Part shown: positions 52,222-64,000 of the stretch, in pieces
Layout: the number at the start of each line of letters is the position of its first letter
How positions within the stretch are numbered: the stretch's first letter is position 1
From: Octopus sinensis
Lineage: Eukaryota
Assembly (NCBI RefSeq): GCF_006345805.1
Contig: NC_042997.1
Coordinates: forward strand, 17,112,001-17,176,000
DNA: 64,000 bases
Direction: 5' to 3'
Translations under genes and position numbers: made by a program
The notes under the pieces: model-generated
What the model was told of the DNA's origin: nothing
The model's input: the letters and a program-made list of their open reading frames with translations, nothing else
The model's database searches: none

Positions 52222-52886
52222 TTTGTTTTCTTCTTTCTTTTTTGTCTCTCCTTACTAACGATCTGCCATTTTGTATTCCTGTTGTATGTGTCTTTATTTG
52301 TGCATGTGTATATCCCTGTGTGTGTCTATGTTTAGTAAGTGTGTGTGTGGGAATGTGTATTGTACCTGCATAATCAGTATCTCCTGTTTATTCACGTCCA
52401 CACATAGAACAGACGCAACGCTTAGACAAATTACCGAATCTACACACATAATAGAAGATAAACCTGGCCTAAATAGAAAATTAGAATGGAACACTAGCAC
52501 ACATCCCCCCCACAACCTATGACAGAATAAGATCCTCATAAACTGATAATAATATGAAACTATACAATACACAGATAAATAAATGGAATTAAATAATTAT
52601 ATACATAAACAAAATAAAATTAAATTAAATTAAATTAATACAAAAAAGGAAGAAATGAAAAAGTAAGTAGATAAAAACAAATGAATAAAGTAAATAAAAG
52701 TAAATTAAATGAATGTGAATAAGCAGAAGATACCAATAATGCAGGTACCATACACATTTCCCCACACACTTACTAAACATAGACACACACAGGGATATAC
52801 GCATGCACAAATAATGATACATACAACAGGAGTACAAAATGGCAGACTGTTAGTAAGGAGAGACAAAAAAGAAAGAAGAAGGCAAA

Positions 52887-52931
52887 GGCCCACTGATGAG
52901 GTCACAGGAATGTGATGAAAGAACTCTGGCC
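52887..52931 (+). ncRNA. Minimal type I hammerhead-like motif, right arm
   Basis: ggccca-CTGATGA-G-GTCACA-ggaa-TGTGAT-GAAA-gaa-CTC-tggcc. Stem I is 5 bp with one bulge, stem II 6 bp, stem III 2 bp; NUH = CUC. Confidence 0.6.
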
Positions 52932-53088
52932 GAAATACAATTAATATAAAGTAAATAAAGTGAACACCAAATATATAGTGCAAGTGTTTTCATCGGCTAA
53001 ACTGGCAACATGACCACCCCCTAATATAACAATATCTGTTTCAACACAGGAATTCACATCAAGAATCTTGCAAAACGAATATATAAAC

Positions 53089-53133
<45 letters not shown>

Positions 53134-53392
53134 CACACACACACATTATATACCTGCTAACTTGGAAGCCTACTATGGGTCCCTAGCTCCAGCCTCAGGT
53201 GTGTTCTTGGAACCTAACAGATGACTAATTATAGCACTTAGCATACCTATTCATTTAGATCACCAGGAAACTAAACCCCTCATATTCTATATTATATACA
53301 TATATGTATATATATTACACATGCACATACACACACACACATATATATATTACACACACGTATACATATATGTATATATATTATGTATATGA

Positions 53393-53452
<60 letters not shown>

Positions 53453-54731
53453 ACATATGTATGTAAATATATGTAACATATGGTATAATTATAAACAGGG
53501 CAAATTTTAGCTATTTCTTTAGCTATTTCTCATAGGAGGTGTCTACATCATTCTGACAGTTTCGAGAGAAACAAGCAGCCAAACTGTTAATATACTCAAC
53601 AAATGCAGCAGTTACTCTATGACAGAGTCCCTAATTTGCATACCAAAGGTGTTTAACACTCCATAAATACCTATATATATATATATATAATCTATTGTGT
53701 GTATATATATATATGTATATACACACACACACATACATACTCAGACACATATGTATGTGTGTGTGAATGTGTGCTTGTGTTGGGGTAGATAAGCAATTCT
53801 GAATCTAATTGTATTTTTTATTGCTTACTGTTTCAATATTCACAGTAAATGTTACTCTATATTAGACCAAGCAGTCAATGATTCTTTGGCAATCTTTCGG
53901 TTCATATAAAATCTCACCTCCCCTCATCATATTATTTAGAATATTAATTAATACTGGAATTACTTCTTTTTACTGGAAACTTCACCAAAATAAAATATAA
54001 TTTGTAATTACTTTTGGTATGTTATCAACAGAAGACCCGACCCATTTATATACATTTTAGCCGATGAATTCAAATTAATTTTTCTCCTATTTTTTGCAAT
54101 TTTGATCTTATTTGTAGCGAACATAATTTTTTCAAATACCTAATTTATTTTTTACCTTTAAGCATTTAGATTTTTTATTTACAATATTTTTTCCCTTTCT
54201 TTTACAGTATTCTGTTTTGAGAATTTAATATTCAACTCCTTGGAGAATATAGTTCAGAAATTTCTGTGGAGAAGATTCAATTCTCTGTTTTATTGGCACT
54301 GAATTGAGCAGCTTGTACTGATGCCCTCCATAGACAGACTTATTGGAATGACGCCAGTTTTCTAATACAAAGACATCTTTGGTTACAAATATGGACAATT
54401 TCCATCTGAGTGTCAAAGACATTGATTTTCCTTCAGTTCACACTTCTTTGCAGAAGGCTCCACAATTATTTTCCAGAGTCAGTCTATGTTATGTATATTA
54501 AATAAACAAGACACCATACCTAAAGGTGCTGTTCGCAATATTCATTAGATAAAATGTGGTTTCAGCCTTTCATAGCTTATTTGCATAATGATAAGACATA
54601 TGTGTTATATATGTATATATGTACACATGTATGTGTGTGTGTGTGTATATATATATATGTATGTGTGTATCTATCTATCTATCTATCTATCTATTTAAGT
54701 TTGTTTGTATGCGTGTGTATACATATCTGTA

Positions 54732-54780
<49 letters not shown>

Positions 54781-54889
54781 TTATTTATGGATTCCTTGAT
54801 CCCTCTCTCTAAGATATTACATTTTTATATATGTATCTTTACACAGACACTCATACACACATATATATATATACACACATACACATATC

Positions 54890-55361
54890 TATATAAAGGG
54901 TGCAGAGCATTGCACCAATAACCAGCTGGCGGAGAAGTTGCCTGGGGTTAAACTAGTAGTAATATTCAACTGCCACTTTAATGTGGTTACTCACTTTACT
55001 GTTTTGTACACGTTACTACTCTATCGCTTCTGAAGATTTTATAACTAGATATTTTGTTTGTTGCATATCAGTGACCGATGGTCACTTTGTTTGCAATATA
55101 TCTTTGGCAGAAGTGGATCTTAGCTATCACTCCAGTGCACAGGTGCTTGTGGCAGAGGATGAGCCAAACAGCTTGAAACTGAGTCAGTTCTATGATCTTG
55201 TTAGCTGCTGGAGGGTAGTGGGGGTTCGCTCCCCCTACTAGTGATGTACTGTATATAAAGAGTGCAGAGCATTGCACCAATAACCAGCTGGCAGAGAATC
55301 TGCTTGGGGTTAAACTAGTAGTAACATTAAACTGCCACTTTGATGTGGCTACTCACTTTAC

Positions 55362-55362
<1 letters not shown>
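54890..55362 (+). mobile_element. 362-bp unit with ~111-bp terminal direct repeat (retrozyme- or PLE-pLTR-like)
   Basis: 54890-55000 repeats at 55252-55362. Internal hairpins AGTGACC-gat-GGTCACT and TAGTGGGGG-ttcgct-CCCCCTACTA; HHR-like motif at 55153-55185; (TA)n flanks. Confidence 0.6.
55153..55185 (+). ncRNA. Hammerhead-like motif, U4 mutated
   Basis: CAGAGGA-T-GAGC-caaaca-GCTT-GAAAC-tga-GTC. Stem I is not evident. Confidence 0.4.
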
Positions 55363-55394
<32 letters not shown>

Positions 55395-55623
55395 TAACAA
55401 AGTGGAGTTGTAGGGTACCGCACGAGTGGAATTATATACGAAAGAAGGTTTGAAAATGCAATTTTAAAAGATATTTATTTATTTTAGCGGTTTCACTCTT
55501 TGGAAAAAGATTGTCAAAAGTAACATGTAGAAGTTTGGTTGCGTTAATTATTGGTTGTTACAAAATGCTACATTACATATATACAGTCTTTGGTAACAAG
55601 GACATGTTAAGGACATAAAAAAG

Positions 55624-55658
<35 letters not shown>

Positions 55659-55689
55659 TAGATAGATAGATATGTGGATGGATGGATAG

Positions 55690-56020
55690 GCCGTGTGGTA
55701 AGAAGTTTGCTTCCCAACTGCACGGTTCTGAGTTTTCCATTGTGTAGCTTTGTGAGTGGATTTTGTACTTGAAAACTGAAAGAAGCCTGTCATATGCATA
55801 TATCTATGTGAGTGTCTTTGCTTATGTGTTTGTCTCCTATCACCACTTGACAAGTGGTGTTTGCATATTTACAATCCTGTAACTTTGTGTTTTGGCCAAA
55901 GGGACTGATAGGATAAGTATCAGGCTTAAAATAACTACAGGAATTGATTTGTTTGAATAAAATTCTTCAAGCCTGTTTCCCAGCATAGCTGCAGTTTAAT
56001 GACCAAAACAAGAGTAACAT
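55690..56020 (+). mobile_element. SINE family B
   Basis: ggccgtgtggtaagaagtttgcttcccaac..cacttgacaagtggtg..gcagtttaatgaccaaaacaag. Confidence 0.8.
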
Positions 56021-56607
56021 GAAAAATACTTACAGAGGCACATGTATATAAACACACACATATACATCAATATAAATGACTGCTTTTAAAAATTTGTAAA
56101 GAAATCATAAAATGTAACATTGCTAGGAATATTTAATTAATGTTCTGCAAATATGACAGGCTGTCATGCTATAGTTATAGTTTTGATGATCTTTTCAAGG
56201 AAAGATATCGCTGTTACAGAAGCCATTCCATATAGGAGGGATTGAAAACTGGATGTGAAGTTTATTTGCTCTGATCATAGCATTGCTTCGTAATAACTAT
56301 CAATGATGAAATGTATGGTGTGTAAATAATAAGGATGTGTTGTAATATGGATGTGGAAATTATATTAGTCTTGTCTTTAAGGTATTGAATTATGAGCTAG
56401 TTAGTTTTGCTTCAAAATTAGTTCCTGAAACAATATGTGTTTTAAGACAAATGATGATGTCTGCTAAAATTTAGTTGTGACAAAGAAGTGTTTTTCTTAC
56501 TTTATTGTGTAGTGTTTTTTGATACAGCATTTATCTAACTGTAAGCCAGTACTTCAACAATGTGTGTGTGTGTGTGTGTGCATATATAAACATACACACA
56601 AACAGAA

Positions 56608-56670
<63 letters not shown>

Positions 56671-56835
56671 AATCTTAATATAAATGTAAGAGATGGTACT
56701 CAATGGATAAAGAGAAGTTAATATAACAACAACAGGAGTGGATTTTTGACAGTTGTTTACTCCATGTTTTTCACTAATTCTTTTGTGTGTAGATGTTTGT
56801 GTGTGTGTGTGTGTGTGTGTGCATGTATAGTATGC

Positions 56836-56900
<65 letters not shown>

Positions 56901-57057
56901 TATCAAAAATGGTGAAGACCGGTTTATGTTTTTTACAAACAATATATATATATATATATATATTATATATGATACATATATTATATATGATATCTCATAT
57001 GATGCTATATATATATAAATGATATATGTGATATATATATATATATATATATTGTAT

Positions 57058-57348
57058 ATGAAGGAGTCATACCCAATGACTGGTGTAGAAGCACCATAGT
57101 CAGCTGCCACAAAGGCAAAGGTGATGCATTAGATACGAATAATCATAGGGGTAACAAGTTGTTGGATCAAGTAATGTAAGTCATGGAGAGAGTCATAGCT
57201 CAGCTAATTAGGGAAAGATTCAGTCTAGATGAGATACAGCTTGGTGCCAGGGAAAAGCACCACTGATGCTATATTTCTGGTAAGACAGCTGCAAGAGAAA
57301 TACCTAGACAAAGATAAACCTCTGTACCTGGCTTTCGTTAACATGGAG
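57058..57348 (+). mobile_element. RTE family 1 RT fragment
   Basis: EGVIPNDWCRSTIVSCHKGKGDALDTNNHRG..LDQVM*VMERVIAQLIRER..STTDAIFLVRQLQEKYLDKDKPLYLAFVNME; same family as 10317. Confidence 0.9.
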
Positions 57349-57939
57349 AGGGATATATGAGCCACACACAAGTGTACGAGTGGTTCAGACGTTTCCAAGA
57401 TGGCTGAAAATTGTTGATATCGACAAACGTTCTGGGAGACCTGGAACCAGCAGAACTGAGAAAAACATCGCAGATGTGCATGCAGCTGTGAGGGAAAATC
57501 ATCGAATCACCATCCATGAGTTATCAGAGAATGTGCAGATGTTCAGTTCTGTCCATTATCACTGAAGATATGAGTATCAGATGTCTGTCTGCCAAGTTTG
57601 TGCCCAAACCGGTTTCGGTTGCACAAGATCTCCTTGATTGTGCCAAGAACAATGAAAACTTTTTGAAATCTTTGCATAAGCCTCTGAACAGGTATTGCCA
57701 AGCTTTTGGCAAAATTTAATGCAGATTCTCTGCTCAGCTTTCACTGCCATGGTCAATGCGATGATCACACGCTACACACCTTCCTCTCAAGTACTGTTGT
57801 AAGCAGCAGAAGTGAGTTAGAATGTTAAAACTTAGTGCACATGCATAGCAGAGTTTAAGGTTAATCTGTGCCAAGTGGCTTCACTCTGTGTACTTTAGCT
57901 TCGTTACTATGCCAACAATCCTGATACTTATCGATCAGA

Positions 57940-57942
<3 letters not shown>
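57345..57942. mobile_element. Mariner 5' fragment with internal inversion
   Basis: Minus 57942-57670: TIR-like ggtctgatcgataaagtatcagga, 5' UTR and MAVKAEQRICIKFCQKLGNTCSEAYAK. Plus 57345-57670: MSHTQVYEWFRRFQDG..DKRSGRP..ENHRITIHEL..SAKFVPK..AQDLLDCAKNNENFLKS. Confidence 0.85.
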
Positions 57943-58000
<58 letters not shown>

Positions 58001-58217
58001 TTAACAATTTAATGAATCTATTAATTTGCCTTATAAATATATGTGTGTGTGTGTGTGTAAGGCAAAGTAGCAAACTTATTAGAGTTTGAAATTTTATGCC
58101 TTGCCATCAAGAAACAATAATACTTCTGTTGCGTGTTTTAACTCACAGATAGTATCAGCAATATAAAAAGAAACCCAGACAATATAGTTTATTTGGTTTG
58201 ATCAGATCAACTGCTAC

Positions 58218-58252
<35 letters not shown>

Positions 58253-58282
58253 ATTCTTTGACTTGCCAACTGAGTAGAATAT

Positions 58283-58325
58283 GCATGACTGAGGAGGTCT
58301 AATAGGATAGAAACATGTCCACTGC
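58283..58325 (+). ncRNA. Minimal hammerhead ribozyme candidate with intact core
   Basis: gcatga-CTGAGGA-ggtctaataggata-GAAAC-AT-GTC-cactgc. Core boxes are intact, stem III is the palindrome ACATGT, and the triplet is GUC; stems I and II are imperfect. Confidence 0.6.
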
Positions 58326-59200
58326 TTTCACTAGTAAGTGTAAAGACATTTTCTATATTTTCAAAAATGTCTTTCAAGTAATTTTAGTGGAATTATTCCC
58401 CTCACTTGTAGTTTTTAGATTTTAGATATTCCTTGTGGGAGTTTTGCCTACTAACTGCATAGATAACTTCAGTCAATCAAAGATTTCTCAGTTCACTATA
58501 ATACATTGGCAAGGCCCTATTGCATTAGCATTCACTTTGCTGAATACTTTCCTGAGATATTTTCCCTCAATCACATTGATCCATATAGTGCTATCATGTA
58601 GACCCATTTGTACATATATAATAATATTGTATGAACAGAACTAAAATGTTAAAGCTGGAATTGTACCTGCATGCTTATAAAGTAGCTTTCTTGTTTGACA
58701 TATACACATAAATTATAATCAAAGATGTTCATTTTAAGTCCACTGATTGACAGTCAATAGGTATTAAAGAAAAATATGTACTCAAAACTATGTCAAATTG
58801 AAACATTCAAAACAAACAGTAAAATCAGAATGGATTAAAGAGAGTGTGGAGTACTTGACCAATAACACATCTACTCAACTAGAATCAGAGACAATCCACT
58901 AGTTCTCCATATAGTGCATCACAAGTGAAAGCTCTTTGCTAATGCTACAGCAATTAACTCAACTGCCAGCATGAACTGAAAAAAGCAGATCTAGACTTTA
59001 GTGAAATAACTGGATGGAATTGTTTTACATTTCTATTAATCATGATTAATGAATTATACTGTTTAAATTACGGAGAGCTTTTAACTTGCCAAATAAATGA
59101 TGTCTAGACTGATAGAGAGCCAATTTCAATGCTGCCACATATTTAGGAGACTGATTTTGGATAAAGAATACTGTATATGTATGTGCATGTGTGTGATTAT

Positions 59201-59285
<85 letters not shown>

Positions 59286-59924
59286 AGAGAGAGAGAGAGA
59301 AGTGTGTGTGTATGTGTGTGTAAACAGTAAAAGAAATGCATTAGAGAGAAATTGATAAAAGTTAAAGATGACAAATAAATCTATAATCTTTATAACATAG
59401 TGTAGCTTTGGGAAATATTTCTATCTTACACATATAAAATCAAAAGAACAAACAGAATTACTGTCTAAATCCATTCAATTCCTTTGTATTTCAATACTTT
59501 GTTATAAAAACCATGTTTATCAAAGAAACATATTAAACTCATTGAGGTTGTGAATTGAAAATTAACACAGAACTTATTTTATCTAGGTTATTTGGACCCT
59601 TTTACTTGTGCTAAGTACAACACTGTTGTCTGAGCCAACAAGAGACTTTCTATGTCATTGGTTTTCAATGTGGTGCATGGGACTTCAGAATGGGATGTGA
59701 GTAACTAACAAATGAATAAAATTTGCAATAAAGTTTTAAACTAAAACTTCTTTTGAATGTATTTCTGTATATACTTTGTCTGTTCATGGTAAGACACTCA
59801 CTGTTTATATGAAACTGAAGTGGGGCATAGATAAAATAGGGTGGAAAACATTGCTTTATGTAATTATTTGCCCAAATAGCAACAGCAGTTAAATCTATTA
59901 AATACAAAAAATGAACACATTGGA

Positions 59925-60245
59925 TAAATATAGTCTGAAAAAGACATGATGGTCATGACTGGAATGCCTTTAACTATAAGTCAGGGTTGATTTGGGGGCA
60001 AAATACCAACTGCAGGATAGTCCAATAAGGATAACCCCTACATGATTGCTTGACCTTCTAGAAATAGCAGTCAAATCTTATTCAATCCTACTGTCTTAAA
60101 ATGCGAAAGAGCATATTGAATAGTGTAGTCCTAGTACATAATGTCTATGTAAAAATTGAAATACCCAAGGTTTGAATGCTTTTGATCAATAGTCTGCTCA
60201 AATAGGACTGACATGCAGCTAAGCATCAATAATAACAATGGCTGT
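59925..60245. repeat. Dispersed repeat family D (two adjacent partial copies)
   Basis: ggtcatgactggaatgccttt..cttctagaaatagcagtcaaatct..gaatgcttttgatcaatagtctgctcaa. Confidence 0.6.
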
Positions 60246-63200
60246 AGAGTGAGATAAGTTCCTACTAAATTGAGCCAGAAATATATGCTTGACTCCGAAC
60301 TAACACATTTCATTTCGCTTATTTCAGGCTGTAAATTCAACAGCTTGAAGAATAATTGGCTATACTAGCCAGGTTGACTACCTTGACAGGCACCATGTTA
60401 ACAAAGCCTTTAGTAGTGGTCCAGTGACCCATTAAGAGTTACAGGGCATATTTATTTATCACTTGTGCCAAACCTTCTTGTTCCATGTAATATTTCATAT
60501 GTCTATGTTAACTCTGGACTTCAAAGAGATTACATTCATGCAATAGCTACGCAAATAATACCAGATCAAGTCAATTAAACATTTTATGTTTTGTCTTAAA
60601 ACTGTGGAAAACCATTCTTTCAATGCTTTCCCTCTACACTCATTTCATGTTTAAACAATGTGGATTGCAAAACCATTCAGCCAAATCTCTCTATATTACA
60701 GCAATTGCTAAATCACTCAATCAAATCTATATATTTCTATTCTGAATAGAACAATGTTTTGTTCTGAAAAGCAGTGTAAAGTGAACCATATTAAATACAG
60801 AACTAAGTTTCTCAAGTATTGTTATAGAAAATTAATTCACTCTCCTCCACAAATACCATTAAAATGATTGTAGCTCACTTTATTATTTACATTGTTCCAT
60901 GGTGGTTTGACAGATCTAAATTTTGATTGCTTTATTAAATAACTATCCTTCTAGTTCCATGCTATTATCTTGTACTTCATGTCAAAATCTGTAACTTCAC
61001 ATACTTTTACATTTTATCCTCCAGTCTTTCTTTTTCAATGTGTATTTTAAAAAATTTTTACAAATTTTTTTCAGAATACTGGTATAGATTTTAGAGTAAT
61101 CTAAGGATTATATACTTCACAACATTTATTTTTGTATCTTTTATCTTAAATATAGAAAATTTGCACTGTTGCACCACCTTTAAAGTACATTACAATATTA
61201 TTCTTGAATCTCTTTCCTTTATTTTTTTAATATTATTCTTGTTCTTGAGGTTTAAAGTCAGAACAACAAAGTTTATTTCTTTCTTGATGTAGTTGAATTA
61301 TGCAATTCACTTCTTTTTCAGAAACTGATTGCAGTGATTTATTTATATTTGAAATGCAAAGAAAGTAGCAATTTTGACTTTGTTTCAATATACTTCTCTC
61401 TCTCTTCTTTTGTTTTCTTAAAACCTTTCTATCTTTTTAACTTACTATACACCAGTGGTGTCCTATACTTCAATTTGGATAATTTACAGTGTATGAAAAC
61501 AAAGCTTATCCTTCTGCTTCAATATACTTTCTCTTGTTTTTGCAGCTACATCCTCCAGTTAAGAAAGAAGCCTCTCTTCCTTTTTACTGTAATACTTCAT
61601 TCCAGTGATGTTAGTTCTTCATCTGCAGCCTCTTATTTCTTAACTATTATCAAAGCTATAACTATTGTTAATACAACCAAACCATTTTCTCCATAACAAA
61701 CACCATTCCATTTTTATGTGAAACAACAGTTTCTGCTATGACATGCAATCAATTTTACTAACATTTTACTATATATATTTTTAACAACACTCTTATATTT
61801 TCACCACAACAGATTTCCATTTTTCTCTACCATAACACCATTTTTATAACAGCTTCTACATCATTCACTGCATACCTTTCTTATTGAATAATTTCCTTTC
61901 TTCTGTTTCTACACATGTATCTCAGATGTTGAGTTACTTCTCAATTTTAGAACTAGGAAAGTTTTACATTCTGATAAGCAGCTGACCCTCAACAAAGTAC
62001 ATATATAAGTCATATTTGAATACTAAACAACAGTAATAATACTGAATTAATCTAGACAAGAGTTATGATGGTATACATTTATTCTTACTATATAGCATTC
62101 TTTCCATATTTTTTCTTTTGTTTTCACAACACACAACCATTCTTGCCATAACTCCCTACTGGTGCTAGCCATTGCATATTTCCATTAATTTATGAAAAGC
62201 TAAACCTTAAAAGATTGTTACTACAGTACATTTGAAGAATATAACCCATTATTCGTAATGAATGCTGCAAACAAACAGTTTGTACGACATGTAACCACTG
62301 TTTTGTGACTGACACAAATTGCAGTTCTCTTGCTCTCCATCTCTCTCTCTCCCTCACTCACTCACTCTTTCATTCTCTACCCGCTGTCACCACACTTTGT
62401 TACTATAATTACTAACTTAACTGGACCTTGAAAACAAAAACAGGGAAAAAAAAATTATTATTCCCTCACCACATCCTGAGTGTTTAGTCTCTAAGTCATC
62501 TGTATATCATGCTCTGTGTCCTTTCAATAAGCCAGCCCACTTTATTAAATGAATGAATGGATTCATCTCACACTACCATGAACAAAAAATATAAACACAG
62601 GCATTGAAAAGTATTTTTGTGATGATGAAGATGATGATGATAACAGAGCAAAGATGTTGGTCATGATGATAATCATAACAATAATGATAGTGGTTATGAT
62701 GATGATGATGATACAAGGTTAGAAATGCATAAGCCCTTTTCCACCAGTCAAATCCCATTTGCCATTCCCATCACTATTTGCTGCTATGATTTTGATGGAC
62801 TCTGCAAAACCACTATCAGAGCCTCAAAGAAATTGCAGATGATGATGATATTAATAATAATAATAAAAAAGAAGCTATTACTGCTGCTGTTACCACCACC
62901 ACCACCACCATCACCACTGCATAATAATAATAATAATAATAATGAGTTGTTTCTAAAAATGGGGAAGACAATGATAATAATGATAATAATGTTAACGTTA
63001 ATAACAGTCATCATAATAACAATGATGATAATCAACATTTTGAAAACACAATGTAAGAGGCAAAAATAAATAAATTATCAAATACATAAACTAAATAAAT
63101 GAATAATAAAACTATTGAAAACATTAGGGAATTTCATTTTTTTTAATACCTAATGTTATTCTTTTCTTTTTTTTTAAATCGTGAAGTGGGGGGAAGGGGT

Positions 63201-63499
63201 GTGCAAAAAAGACTTGAATATAGAAATAACATGATATTAGTTGTTAAAAGTAAAAAAAGAAAACTACAAGGCAGGAAATATACAAAATAATATTAAAAAT
63301 AACAACAAATCAAGCAAAAGAAAATAATATTGTAACTGTAGAAGAGATATAAAGAAATTGTCTAATCTCCATGTTGAGTTCCATATATTGATCAGTTATG
63401 AAGAAAACAGTGGCGTTTAGATCCCTAGTGGCTAAATTATAAAAATAGTAATAAATCAAGACTTTGTTTCTTTCTTCCTTCATTTATGGTTTCTGTTTA

Positions 63500-63870
63500 T
63501 CTACATGTATATTTGAATGTGTTTGTATGTATGCATACACACACACATATGTGCAGGTATGTATACATACATACATGTGTGAAAATATATATAATATATA
63601 TGTGTATATATATGTATATAAATATATATGTTAATATATATATGTGTGTGTGTGTACATATATACATATACATATACACATGTATGCTTGCATATGTATG
63701 TGTGTATATATATAAATATATATATACACATACAAATGTATATACATAATATATATATATATTTATATGTATACATACACATACACATATATAGATACAT
63801 ATATAAATACATATATATACACATGCATATTATATATATATATATATGGAATATGTGTGTGTGTAAATGA
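63500..63870. repeat. Compound (TA/TG/CA)n field
   Basis: Directly visible; source of the Y/I/H/T ORFs in the track. Confidence 0.9.
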
Positions 63871-64000
63871 ATGACAAAGAAACAATGAAGATGTTTTAAG
63901 AAATTTTTCAGCAAAAATACTGTGGGAATGAGAAAAGGAGGAAAAAAAAATCTTAGAAATTACTTAGATATAAAAAGGGTTTAGAAATTTTTGCTGATGG

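Larger units (their letters stand above)
52077..53035 (+). mobile_element. Penelope-like element, 5'-truncated, with inverted pseudo-LTR
   Basis: Inverted arms of ~320 bp (52077-52399 vs 52711-53035). The spacer encodes HRTDATLRQITESTHIIEDKPGLNRKLEW*, matching the GIY-YIG C-terminal pattern (R-x-I-x-ES-xx-I..P-x-LN). HHR-like motif in each arm. Confidence 0.8.

Noticed and set aside
61334-61696. 120-aa + strand ORF
   Set aside because: Low-complexity F/L/S/Y composition typical of T-rich non-coding DNA; no motif recognised.

Overview
AT-rich eukaryotic intronic/intergenic DNA, dense in microsatellites and transposon remnants. The SINE types, RTE tails and microsatellite load fit an octopod cephalopod (Octopus-like) genome; this is an inference. 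No protein-coding gene can be named. Most ORFs in the supplied track are microsatellite translation artefacts, and only a few weak candidate exons remain. Supported content: RTE LINE fragments of two families, a restriction-like-endonuclease (RLE) non-LTR fragment, two adjacent DD37D (maT-type) Tc1/mariner elements (one carrying a solo LTR with a 4-bp TSD), a mariner with an internal inversion, a gag-only Gypsy derivative with PBS/PPT, a non-autonomous Helitron, several tRNA-derived SINE families, and a 665-bp tandem duplication. The most interesting signal is a set of hammerhead-ribozyme (HHR)-like motifs from sequence-unrelated repeats. They occur in both arms of a Penelope-like element with an inverted pseudo-LTR (52077-53035), in a 362-bp structured, terminally redundant retrozyme-like unit (54890-55362), and as a motif with an intact catalytic core and a palindromic stem III (58283-58325). 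All structures were read by eye; none was tested computationally.
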